DNA of 64,000 nucleotides from Paraspadella gotoi. Taxonomy: Eukaryota; Animalia; Chaetognatha. Of this stretch, positions 46,601 to 59,334 are shown in pieces. The position numbers and the translations under genes were made by a program. The first letter of the stretch is position 1. Every line of letters begins with the position of its first letter. Location: assembly GCA_051294375.1 (NCBI GenBank), contig CM119264.1, forward strand, positions 12,978,813 through 13,042,812, written 5' to 3'. The notes below the pieces were generated by a model. It worked only from the letters and a program-made list of their open reading frames with translations. It was not told the DNA's origin and did not search any database.

Positions 46601-47856
46601 AAGAAAGGATTATTATACCACAATGACTAAAATCTCGAAAACTAGCGAATAAAAATAGTAGAAAAATAATTTGAATTTTCAGTGACGAAGAAAGGATCCT
46701 TCTCGCGCATGAAATATGCAGCGCACTATGTCTGCTGTTCTCTTGCGTCTTTCATATTTTGGAATGTCACTCACCGGAAATTCATTCGGTGAATATCAAA
46801 TAATTCTTACTCGGTCAATAGCCATAGCCGATGAAATTTAAATGCTAATGTATACAGCGTTAAAATAATCTCTCATGAGCATAGATTATGGTATTAAAAA
46901 TACTATATATAAATAAATATTAAAAAATTAATTACTAGGGTATAGAGCCATATAAGAAATTTTGTCCATTGCAAGTATACTTAAAAATGTATAAATTTTC
47001 GTTTGAGCTGTAAATATTTGACTCGCCTCATTGAGTGCGGCTACCTATATCAGTATTTCTACAACGATCTTACCCAGATCTTCTGTCGCCTGGACCACGT
47101 GGGCATCGCCCTTCTTATCTGGTCCTCGAAAATGGCGCTGATTCAAACGACGTCTATCGGACGCGATCCTGGCTACAATTTGCAACTGCAGGCATGGGGA
47201 AGCGTCACTGCGATGGCTTCAGTTTTGTTGCAGGTCTATTGTTTTTATTTCCAACCATTTGTATTTTTTCTAAAAAAAGAAATTATGATCTATGTCAGGC
47301 GTCAGGACTCTTTTCCTCGCCGGCCGCTCGAGCCCTGCGCACGCTATGGTTCATCTCCACGTCGACGGTGTGGGTAGCAATTCCGGTCCACGATCTAGTC
47401 TCACGCCTCGGCCTCGACGTCGCCCTCAACGTCGCAAAGCTGGACATCTATTTCGCTTCGCTTTTTTCAATCACCAGTAAAAATCGATCGGGTGGGATCT
47501 CGTGAATTCTCTACATTGGATAATAAATGCCGAGTTTTTTTGTTTCGAATCCAATGCATAGTTTGTTCGTTGACACTAATTACACTTATCCTGATCCACT
47601 ATTATTATAACTTCTTTGACCACACCTCCCCTCGGCAGCTGGAGCGATCATCTACGTGTCTCGCATCCCGGAAAGGTTCGCCCCCGGTTACTGCGACCTT
47701 TATCTCCAGGGCCACAACATTCTTCACATTTGCGTCGTAATCACAATCGCCCTGCAACTCTACGGACTGCAGTTGGGGGTCGAGTCGAGGGCCAAATTCG
47801 CCGTCGACTCTGGGCTGAGGTTCTCCGGCATGCCAGGTTATGTTGGATACGATTGA
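43640..47856 (+). CDS. PAQR / adiponectin receptor-like (hemolysin III family) 7TM protein
   Basis: Motifs LPAWRRDNSFI, WHNETMNIWTH, SCVFHILECHS, CRLDHVGIALLI and SRIPERFAPGYCD...GHNILHICVV. The small upstream exons from ATG 43640 join in frame. Confidence 0.88.
44587..45609. mobile_element. About 1-kb non-autonomous DNA transposon (MITE-like, TA TSD) in a PAQR intron
   Basis: ta|CAAGGTAACACACCGCAACCCGCCGCTA ... TAGCGGCGGGTTGCGGTGTGTCACCTTG|ta. Imperfect TIRs run about 100 bp, and HINE-like sequence is nested inside. Confidence 0.8.
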
Positions 47857-48230
47857 ACGGGGAGATGGGACGCAGCTGGAGGAAGTCAAAAATAAGCTGG
47901 AAGAAAATGGGCAATAGATAATTATCGCTTGTCCCGAGTTACGACGGAGAATGAAAGAGGGCTGATACATTTTGCTTGATCCGAAAAATAAAAACAATAC
48001 TACATCTCAGTTTTTGTTTCCGTTCTGACCACTGGCCTTTACATAATTTGAATAATGATTTAGAGAATTAACGCGAATTTTTAGTAAACGGTATTTTTTT
48101 CAGTGGATCATCATTTCAACAGAAAATCAATGAAAGAAAGTATAATGATGAAATCAAAGACGCCGAATCGATTTGGTTCACCTCGGGGCCCCATTTCTCA
48201 TGACCGATGACGTTTTATCGATTCTCGATA

Positions 48231-51200
48231 TCACAGTCGCTGTCGATTTTCCAACATGTTTTTGAGTTCTCTTCGCAAGATTTTTCCGGGGATCGATCTC
48301 GGAATTTTCTGAGTAAAGACGACGCCACCACGCAATTCATTGTAAGACGCCATCGATGAAGCGACGTGTTTTTTTACCTGCGGCATTTACAGTGATGTGC
48401 AAAAATAAATGCGCCATTTTTTTATCAGCCTTAAAAATCATCCTGTATTTAAAAAAATTATAAATTAAAATTTATTGAATGATAAAAACTTTAGCATAAA
48501 TTTAATAAAAATCGGGTTGCCTGTGATGCCCATTGGTATGGGGCATCTCACTGTTGGCTTTGGGGGCTTTTGACCCAGTGACGCCTCCTGTCACTGGCGC
48601 GGTTACCCTAGGACGGTCTCGCTTTGCCAACGCAGAGGGAAGTCGTTTGGACTGTGGAATGTGTATGGAACACAACGCTTGGGATGGTGTGTTCCCTATC
48701 TGAGCCAATGGTATTGGCTGAACGATGGTGGACGTGAGGCGGTGTGAATATACCGCCACAATAGCCAAAAAAGAACTAATTTTTTTTTTAAATAAAATGC
48801 TTCACAGCAAAACAAAATATAAACAAAAATTTAATTTTTTTATAATTATTTTTTCATATTTTTAATACTTTGATAAAGTCTTTGTAATAAATTAAAAATT
48901 TTTTAAAAAATTATCTGGGCATCCAGAGGGGCAGCTAGACAACTGGATTAACCCAGATAATTAAATAATAATTTCAAAATTAATAAAAAACAAAATAAAT
49001 TATAGGTTAATAATTATAAAATCTAATTAAAACCTACCTCCTCTGCCGTCACCACGGCTTCGTTATCCTTCACTACAAAAGCGAGCGGAATTTCCCCGGC
49101 GGCGGAATCATTGACGCCGACAACGCCAACGTCCAAGACGCCGGGAAACGACCGGATCGTCCGTTCGATCTCGGTCGGTGAAATCTGAGAGATTTCAAAT
49201 AAACTATACGTCGTTTGTCTTCCTTTCTTTTTCGTTGCGTTAATAGTTTGAGGTAGAAAATGAATTGTTTTTTTAAAATACGACTTTTATTATGAAACAA
49301 AATTTCAGACATGTTTCGGCTTTAATATAAAGCCTTCATCAGCGTAAAAGTGAATTGAAATGTAAAATAAAAATTTTCACAGAGAGAGAGATTAAAGTTT
49401 CCAACAAAGAATTGAGAAAATGAGAGTGAAAGACTGAGATTAGGTTAAGGCTGAGGACAAGTGAGTGAAGGAGAGTAAAAGAGAAACGAAAAATTTGGTC
49501 AAATTGGCAAAGTACAGTGAACTACATAAAGAAAAAAACTTAAACTACATAAAGCAATACTTAATAAATTTATTATTATTAAAACACATAAAAAAAATCA
49601 GAAAAACAAAACGATGATCAAAGTTAGAAAGAATGATTATTAGACCTTGCCATATATGAAAAGTTTTGAATCAAAAACGAGTATTGTGTAAAAGGTGCCC
49701 ATACATCATATGAATTTTTTGAACATTTTTTTTCAAAAAAAAATTTACAGTAAATGCTGCCAACTTTGAAAAAAATGAAAAAAAATGGTAAAAAATGGAC
49801 TTTTTGCTAAATATCTTTAAAAGCTTTATTGCTAGAGGGGCGAAACCCAAACTATCTTGTAGAGTGGAAAAAATTGACTATGTTACATACCTCGCATTAT
49901 AAATTAAGTTAGTTTTTTACTAAGGAAAATTTTTTTTAAAACCTATTGTTTTGGTCAATTTTTGATAAAATTTTTAAAAAATGATATTTTTAACAATGTT
50001 CGTGAAATATTTTGTAAAAAAAATTATGGCGAATTGAATAAAGAAATAATTGCCTTTGTTTTGCTGAAAGAATTTTTAAAAAAGATTATCGGTTAAAGAG
50101 TTATAATTTTTTAAATTAAAAAAATCACTTTTCTTAATAATTATTTTTATTTAATAGGTTTGAACTAAGCTAAAGGGAAAAAGGGAATGCACTTTTTTCA
50201 GAGTAAATAAAAAAATAGTAAATTCTGATTTGACAATGGGTAACTTTAATATTTTGTCTCACCAGGTCATTAAAGTTTTTTTAAATTTTTATCATTTTAT
50301 AATCGAATTATGACTTAAATAAGGTAGTTTTTTTTTCCTATATAAAAGAAAAAGAAAAATTGACAAAAGCGATTAAATGATTAAAAATTGATAAAATGAG
50401 ACAAAAAAAGCAACTGAGAGAAGAGTTGCTTGCTGCTTACCGATCAAGAAAAAAAAGTCATCTAGAGTGCCAAAAAAAAAAAACTAGTTATTCTATTTTT
50501 TTGTTATCTATTCATGATTTATAGTTAATAATTAAGTCTATTGTAAATAGTTGATTTAGTTTTAAAATATAATTTTTAATTCATCTTTGATTTTTATTCA
50601 TTCATATCTTGTATAGTTGATGAATTTATCAACAAGTCGGATCTATTCTTAAATTTATCAAGCAAGCTTAATATATTTTTCCAAGTCTTTTACAACTTTG
50701 ATTAAACAATATATTTAACACAAATTATAATTCAACTCAGTTCTGGAGAACTAGCTTAACAAAGGTAATTTATGAAAAAATAGAATAACTAGTTTTTTTT
50801 CTTTGGCACTCTAGATGACTTTTTTTTCTTGATCGGTAAGCAGCAAGCAACTCTTCTCTCAGTTGCTTTTTTTGTCTCATTTTATCAATTTTTAATCATT
50901 TAATCGCTTTTGTCAATTTTTCTTTTTCTTTTATATAGGAAAAAAAAACTACCTTATTTAAGTCATAATTCGATTATAAAATGATAAAAATTTAAAAAAA
51001 ACTTTAATGACCTGGTGAGACAAAATATTAAAGTTACCCATTGTCAAATCAGAATTTACTATTTTTTTATTTACTCTGAAAAAAGTGCATTCCCTTTTTC
51101 CCTTTAGCTTAGTTCAAACCTATAAATAAAAATAATTATTAAGAAAAGTGATTTTTTTTTAATTTAAAAAAATTATAACTCTTTAACCGATAATCCTTTT

Positions 51201-54008
51201 TTAAAAATTCTTTCAGCAAAACAAAGGCAATTATTTCTTTATTCAATTCGCCATAATTTTTTTTACAAATATTTCACGAACATTGTTAAAAATATCATTT
51301 TTTAAAATTTTATCAAAATTGACCAAAACAATAGGTTTTAAAAAAAATTTTCCTTAGTAAAAAACTAACTTAATTTATAATGCGAGGTATGTAACATAGT
51401 CAATTTTTTCCACTCTACAAGATAGTTTGGGTTTCGCCCCTCTAGCAATAAAGCTTTTAAAGATATTAGCAAAAAGTCCATTTTTACCATTTTTTTCATT
51501 TTTTTCAAGTTGGCAGCATTTACTGTAAATTTTTTTTTGAAAAAAAATGTTCAAAAAATTCATATGATGTATGGGCACCTTTTACACAATACTCGTTTTT
51601 TGATTTCAAAACTTTTCATATATGGCAAGGTCTAATGATTATAGACGCAATAAATTTCAAACTTATTAAAAATACCTGGTGACCTTTGTACTTGATCATT
51701 TCCTTCATACGGTCAACTATGAAAATGTTGTCATTGTCGTCGAAATATCCGATGTCACCGGTACGGAGCCACTTTTTATTATTGTCGTCGAAGAGAAAAG
51801 ACTCGGCAGTAGCTTGAGGGTTTTTCAAGTAGCCTTTCATCATGGTCGGGTTGTGAACGACGATTTCGCCTGTCTACGGTAAAGATAAAATTTTGTTTGA
51901 ATCGATTTATTATTAATTTATTTTTTATTAATTAACTAACTTCATTGCGGTCCAACTCCCGGCCTGTCTCGATGTCGAGGACTCTCGCTTCTCCGTTGGG
52001 CATGAGTTGACCGCACGATGAGTTGGGCGAATCCGCCTCCACGCTGGAACTGAGGATGCTCTCCGTCAGGCCTAATGCTTGCTCGACCTATAAGAAAAAC
52101 CTTAAACTCCTATTAGCCAGTCTAATTTTGAGCGATGGCTAAACAGACAACTACAGATTAATCATTAAGTCAACTGCGCCGCCGACCTTGATGTTAGGAT
52201 ATTTGTCAATGAGGGCGTCGGCGGAGGCTTTGTTGAAAGGAGCCGCCCCGCAGAAAATTGTCCGGAGAGAACTAAGATCGTACTTGGGAACTAGCGGATG
52301 TCGACTGAGGAAATCCAATAAAGGAGGCACGATCGCCATAGTGCGTATTTGGTATTTCTTGAATGGGAATACGATAAAAAGTATCAAAATCACTAAGTAA
52401 AAAATAGAAAAAAACACTTCTGTGAGCTTAAAATAAACCTGAATAGTTCTCAAAAATAGTCTTGGATGAAATTTAGGGTTGGTGACATTCGTTCCCCTGT
52501 AGGCAACCGTTGTAAACGCCTGGTAGAGCCCAAAAATGTGAAAGAAGGGAAGAAGAGCCAAAGCGAATATTCGTCCATTGCTTGGAGCTGTGGGAAGTGA
52601 AGGATTCAGTGTGGCGGACAACGGAGAGAGAGAACGAGACGGAAAAACCTAGTCTCTTAAGAAATCATAGTGATATGACATAGTAGTAATATGATGAATT
52701 TATTTTAAATTGCAAAGACACGCCCACCTTCCTCGATCGCTTTTTGGCGTAAAACTGGATGTTGAACTGACGCATCAATGAAAGCGACGATGGTCGAGTG
52801 AGTGTGAATCACTCCTTTGGGTCGACCCGTCGTCCCTGCAAATTGTTCGTTTTAGATTAAACCCGGCAATGAGAAAATATTTTTAAATAGGAAATGGGTA
52901 AATATAAAATTCTGACCGGACGAAAAGGGGAGGATGAGTATGTCATTTTCCGGTTCCAAAACGGGACGGACGAAATAGTGCGGGAGATCCGGCGGCCGGA
53001 GAAGCGACATAAAGGAGGAAGAGCGAGATTGCCCAAGAAAAAGTTTGCCGTATATAGAAAGGACAAAGTCGGGAGCGAAAGGAAACCCTAGTGCATATGT
53101 TTAAATTATAAAGTGATACAAAATTATGATAAACATTCATGAAATATTCATGTAACTGAGAATAAAATTCTTAATTAAAAATAAGGCAAAATAAGTTGTA
53201 ACAGGGATAATTACCGAACAAGAAAAGCTCTCGAATTGTCGGCACTGATTCCGATAAAGTGGCAGCTTTCTTGCCGAATACTGGAAAAACGAACAAAGCT
53301 TTGGCCTCCGTCTCTTCAAGTTGACCGATGAGAACGGCTTCAGTTTCCAGTGGATTTAAAAGAGCCACGGCCATTCCCACGTAAGCACAGCCTTTAGGAA
53401 ATAATAAAATAAGCAGCTTAAATTTACTATTAAAATCACAATGTCACTATTTAATTATTTGCCTAAAACAGTGACGACGTAATCTATTGTATTGGGGGAC
53501 ATAACGCCGACGACATCCCCTTTTGTGTAACCCTTTTGCAGGAGCGACTGACCAAGGCGCATCGAGTAATCTTTTAAGAGACCATAACTGGAAAAAAATA
53601 TACCCATTTAGGCTTTATATTTAATTATCTATTTAGTTACTAATCTATTCAAAAGCAATTTTTAGAGAGAAGGCTCACACACTCGCAGCTGCAGTGTCTC
53701 ACCTCTTCTCCACAGCACGTCAAATCGTCAATCATAACTCACCTTAAACTTCTCCCGGTGAACCCATCGATAATGGCCTCCTTCGCCTCGTGACCGGAGA
53801 TGTCGCCAAGAATATATTCGAAAAAATCTAGGTCGGGGACTTTAATGCGATACTTGGAGCGGAAAGTTCGAGCGTCCACCGCGCTCGTCGAAAATGAAGT
53901 CGGAGACGGTGGCGCGGGCGGAAAACGAGGCGGCGACTTTCGGGACGGCGGGAAGGGCCGAGTCTTGAAGGCAACGAAGTAATCCGTAGCCGAGAGGGTT
54001 GAGAGCAT
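48231..54008 (-). CDS. 4-coumarate-CoA ligase / firefly-luciferase-like acyl-CoA synthetase (ANL superfamily)
   Basis: Motifs LPFSSGTTGRPKGV, ALLPFFHIFG, CGAAP, MMKGYLKNPQAT, WLRTGDIGYFD, VDRMKEMIKYKGHQ|ISPTEIE, GEIPLAFVV and LRGGVVF..KIPRSIPGKILRRELK...QRL*. The start codon is approximate. Confidence 0.9.
48511..48760 (-). mobile_element. 240-bp structured repeat, copy C (inverted, one end degraded)
   Basis: Reverse complement of copies A and B; lies in the last intron of the ACS gene. Confidence 0.8.
49641..51634. mobile_element. 2-kb foldback-type non-autonomous DNA transposon with ~860-bp TIRs and 8-bp TSD ATGATTAT (hAT-like TSD length)
   Basis: atgattat|TAGACCTTGCCATATATG...CATATATGGCAAGGTCTA|atgattat. 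Arms 49641-50502 and 50775-51634 are near-perfect reverse complements around a ~270-bp spacer. Confidence 0.93.
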
Positions 54009-54559
54009 CGGCGAGAACCCAGAGGCGTGGCGAAGAAGGATAAAGCGAGACGGAAGTGAAAGAACAGCCCAATTTTCATTTAAATCGGTAATTTTTCTTA
54101 AACTTAAATTCGTTGGCCTTTTGGTGTGACCACCGAGGCTGAACATGGGCGTAAAGAAACGTTTTCCAAATCCAGCGCTCATGGTACAGAAAAGGAGGTA
54201 AAGTTATCTTGACAGCTGTATCGGAAAATTCAGGAGTGGACAACAAACTTAAAGTTAGAGGCAAATAATATCTGTAAACGGGCTAATATTCGATAAGAAC
54301 CATACAAACAAAACAAAGCCACCCACCAATTTCTTTTTCGAATAAAAACGTGACACGGCTGTCATAAATATAAAGTTCAGATACATAATCGTTAAAAGTG
54401 TGAAAGTTCGATCTTAAAGTTAAACCGGTTTAAAAACCTCTGAGTTGTAAAGGTGGCGCGGCAATACTAAACAAAAGGTAAAAGGATTTTAACAAAATTA
54501 GAGCTCAAATTAAAACAAAAGACGGGAAAAGGGGAGAATCAAAAGTTTTAAGTCACTTT

Positions 54560-54897
54560 TCGGTCGTTCTGTCGATCGGTCCGTCGGTATGTCCGTCCGT
54601 CAGTCTGACCCACTTACGTTAAAAATGCATATAACTTGCATATAGTTGGTTGTGTAGAAGAAGTCGCGTCAGTTGATCATTTGTAAATCTAAGGGACTGC
54701 GAGCGCCGTATTCAGGAATTCCTAAAACTATAAAGAATAAAAGATTAAATTTTGATGCAGTGCATGCCATAAATACAGGGGCAAAAAAGTTTTTTAGTCA
54801 TGTCATATTATGTCACGTCATATCATGTGATCAAAGGGAAAAACACGCGAAAATAAAGTCACTGCGGTGCAACACATTGGAATTACCGTTCTTGATT
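54560..54897 (+). mobile_element. Helentron-associated (HINE/DINE-like) element
   Basis: GTCC/GTCG microsatellite and 3' GTCACTGCGGTGCAACACATTGGAATTACCGTTCTTG; homologous to 60688-60966. Confidence 0.6.
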
Positions 54898-55580
54898 TAA
54901 TATGCGATAATATATATTGTTATAAGTACTAGAACAAAAAAAATCTACAGTACGGATAATTTTGATGATTAAATCATTAATATTTCATATCGACTAAAAC
55001 TTGGTTTCCAAGTTTTTAGGCAAAAAAATCTGTCGACGTCTTATTAATTTCTTAACTTCTCAACATATTATATCGTATATTGATAAACTTCGCTTTCTGA
55101 ATTCGTCTTTTAATAGGCATGAATACGCATGAATGAGCATGTTAATGTTATAAAACAACTATCCCCTGGATATATAATTTGTTTTTTATTAATAGCAAAG
55201 TATTAATCAACTAACGTAATGGTAAAGTAAAGTATTAATCAACTAACGTAATGGTAAGTTATGTAATTGTGGCATTTGTTATTTGCTAATGATCGAACTC
55301 CTTTCAGCAGTGCCTCTAATCCATTCAAAACGAAAGAACATCGCCACTGATGCCGCCGAATACTTTAGGATCGTATCCTAGCAACGATATTTTTCTGCCC
55401 TATCTGTCACGCGATAAAAATTCGCACTAAAGTTTTAAATGCTGTACTCGTTCGAAATTTAAATTTTTGAAAAGTTGCCTAATAAAATTCGAATTTTTTT
55501 ACAAGCTGGAGGTTTACATGCTTTAAAAAAAATTAACATATTAAAATTCGAGATTTTTTAGATTAAATTTTTAAAAAAAT

Positions 55581-57654
55581 ATGTCCTCTCCCTCTGCCTC
55601 TTACACTTCCGATTCTTGTTCTCTGACTTCGACAAGAACTTCGACGAAAAAACAAAAATCAGAAAAAAACTCAACAAAAAAATTGAAAAATGCCTCCGAT
55701 GTTGTGAACGATAAATATTGTCCCTATGACGACGCCGACGACGACGAGGAAAGCGACGACGACAGCTCTTCAGAGTCTAAAACTCTCGGTTCCACGGAGT
55801 CCCTGATTTCCGGCGTCGAAGACGTCGATTTGGCGGAACTGAAATTGTCCGACGCCGACGAATCGAAAGCTGGCGAAGATGAAGCTGACGAAGACAACGG
55901 AAAAGGCAGCCGCGATGACCGAGTCGACGGCGGAGGCACCGAGTCTGTCCAGAGGACCGACTCTCGGTGCACCTTCACAAAGTCTCCGACGAGTGCGATC
56001 AACTTGGATCGTTTGAAAAGGTGACCGTAGCCCGATAAGATTTGGGAAATGAATTGTTGTTCGCAGATAGAAATTGGAATAAAGAGTATAGCGTAGCAAA
56101 AATATTGAAATCAAGGAGAATCAAAATTAAAAATCATGATCATGATCATGACCTATGAACATTTTTGAATAAAAAAAAATATTTTTATTTGTCAATTTTT
56201 GCATAGCCCATATTTATACATAGAAAATGTCAAAATTTTAAAATGGTGTTTTTCTTATTTTTGAAAGCAGATTCGAATTCCTCAAGAAAAGTTGATAAAA
56301 GGTAATATATCTCTTTTTATAAAATTTTATTAAGTGGGTCAAAATCCTAAAAATTATTATAATTAACCTATAATTAAATTATATTTATATAATTTCATCC
56401 AATTTCGGCGAAATTAAGTGTTTTTAAAAGTGACTCAGCGCCGTGGCGCCATGCCATCTCGACTCTCGGCGCTGTATCGTCGGTTAAACTTAACGTCCCA
56501 GCTTTTTTATTTCATCTGACCATTTCTTTTTTCAGTGAGTACTATGTATAAATATGGGCTAATGCGAAAATTGAGAAATTAATAAAACAATTTTTTTATA
56601 TATCAATATTCTCTAGTACAAGACTATTCGAATTTTGATCGGCAACTTTCACTACGCCTGAATAAAGAGGCTCTTCACCTCTGAAAAAAAAAGGAAAAAT
56701 GTGGGGATTTTCAAGTACGGACATAAAAGTTTGTCCTCAACGCCGCCGTCTGGTTTGAACGCGTGTTTTATGTCTTTAATAGTCTTTTACTCTTTATCAC
56801 ATCACGTCTCTGGATAATGGATCAGAGCATTGGTTTTTATGAATATTTTTCCTCTGATGTCTGGTTTTATATTAACTCCATTTTAATATACAGTTCTAAT
56901 GAAACACATTCACTTGAGTTAATTCTCATTATATTTCTATCACTTCAGACCAACGTCCCGATCCTCGACCGCCTGGGAATCTTGGTTCGTTAAGAAGGAG
57001 AACGAGCGGAGGAAGGAAGAGGACAGAAGGAAAAAGAGCGAGGAGAGAAAGGAGGAGGAAAAGAGAAGAAAGATCAAAGAGGAGGAGGCGAAAAAAGAGA
57101 AGGCGGAAGAAGAAGTTAAGAAGTGGAGAATGAAAAAGGAGGCGGAGGAAACGGCGGAGGAAGAAAAAAAATGGAGGGTCCAGAGAAGGAAAGAGAAAAA
57201 GGAGACGAAGAGGAAGGCGGAAGTAGAGATGAAGGTGAGGTTAAGCTGCGGAGGGATTCTTTTTCGGTAACGCAAAATTACCGTAACCAACTATCCATAC
57301 GTTTATTTTCGTTCGCCTCTGAATCGTCTCTGTCCTCTCCAGGATTCTACTCCATTAACGCCTCTTGTTCTTTTGTTTTTTTTTCGAATTTATAAGGCGA
57401 AGAACAAATACGACGAATGGTTGGAGGGAAAAAAGAAAAGAGATCAAGAAACGAGAAAAAAGGAGGAACAGAAACAGAAGGAGGAGGAGGAGAAGGAAAG
57501 GAAAAAAAAGGAGAAGGCGGAGGAGGCATACCGGAAGTGGTGCCAAAGGGCGAGGACGACGCTCGCGGCGGGAACGAGACTCGACTACTACGCGTGGCGA
57601 AAGGGGGAGGCGGTCGTGGGGCCGGGGGACAAGCAGGGGGTGCCTTGGGTTTAA
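55581..57654 (+). CDS. CCDC34-like coiled-coil protein; exons 55581-56020, 56949-57234, 57397-57654
   Basis: Acidic, Ser-rich N-terminus, then STAWESWFVKKE, a K/E-rich coil with spaced Trp (VKKW, YDEWL, AYRKWC) and ...GVPWV*. Splice phases are consistent. Confidence 0.7.
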
Positions 57655-58259
57655 GTCGGGCCGGTGGGTGCTCAGTACAGCTCATTTTAGGTGTGAGGTG
57701 CGGGGCGAAGGAAAGAATTCGGCCCAGTATTCGGTGTGAGGGGGATTTCTCGGAAAAAAGAACCAAAAAAACAAAAACAGGTTGCATGTTCAGTGTGAGA
57801 TGGCGGAGCCTCCAGAAAAATGGGATGTTTACCCATTTTGGAGGACGAATAGGATTTAGGTCTTAGTTTGTAGAAGAAGACTGAAGAGTCAAAGATGGTT
57901 TAGAGCGATATTATTTTTCATACACCCATAGCATTTGTGATATTTCCAGTGCGCATTAACAATAGAATTATCTCTTTTATTTTCGCTATAGTAATAATTC
58001 TTTAATTTACGCGTTTCTTTCTATGCAGGATTCATTGAGAACAAAAGAATTTAGTTAGAAAAAAGGTTGTTGCGTCCACATTATCTCAGTATTAATTGTA
58101 ATTTCACTACGGAAAGGTAGAGCAAGTACAAAGGTTTTATCTCATTTTTCATTTTTAAATCATTTATTGCCGTCATATTTTATTTAAGTTTTGAGGATGA
58201 TCATGATGGGATTCGAAATAAACACAACCGGAAGCTCATTCGGAGTAAAGAATCTGAAT

Positions 58260-58414
<155 letters not shown>

Positions 58415-59334
58415 GTAAATTCTTGAATCGGAAATGACGTACCCTCCATCGGGATTCAGCGAAAGTCATCGGAAGTGAAGCGGAAAAGAAAATGTAGGAA
58501 AAGTCACACCTGTGTTCGAGACATTTTATTCCTTAAACCAAGCCGATGCTAGTATTTCAGACATAGAAAACTCACCAATTAATAATACAACTGATCGTTG
58601 TGAGACGATTGATTGTTCCAATTTAACCCAAATGAATATTCCCTCTGAATCAACGTTGCCCGGTAAGTCTGTTGCGTGATTGGTGAGAATCGTGATTTTT
58701 GAATTCTCAATGAATCGTGAAGACTTGAATTACTAATTAGTCATTACAAAAAAGTGTATTTGTTAAAGCTATAAATTCAAACGTGCAGGCACTCAGCAGA
58801 CCTCAGGATCACTAGAAAGAATCTTAGTATAATTTTATTTTTGTCCGATAGAGCCTTTTTAGAACATAATGACTATATAGTTCTGTCTTATTTAAGTCAA
58901 ATTTAACTGTTAAGTGTTGTATATTAGTTTCTAATTTCTGGCGAGTTACTTCTACCGAAAAAACCCTTTAAACAATCGTAAATCAAGTAGAACAAAGAAT
59001 TAAAAAGTCACAGATAAATGAAATAAACATGAATCGGCGAAGAGGAAATGAGGAGAAAGATTAGTTTCCTTTTTTCTAAATTTTTTCAAAAACTTTTTTG
59101 TATTGCGTCATTTGCCGCTTGCTAAACCCCAACGTGCAACAAAAAAAATAGGTCGATGACGAGATGGAAATCCTATTGGAATAACCACTTAAAAGGCAAA
59201 GATCAAGAGAGGGCGAGGAGAGAAAGAGAAGGCTGTCGAATATTGGGTCGATCGGGACAAAAGAAGACGATAGAGACTCGATTTTTAAAAAATTTTATAG
59301 AAAATCGCGACGGCCGAATAAAAAAAATATAGAA

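Noticed and set aside
48909-48962. Hairpin containing UAGCUGCC (miR-22/745/980 seed) on the minus strand
   Set aside because: The seed falls in the terminal loop rather than at the start of a paired arm, so the geometry does not fit a miRNA.
55198-55258. Short direct duplication (also 27200-27241 and 35230-35345)
   Set aside because: Simple local slippage duplications with no spacer structure; not CRISPR-like.
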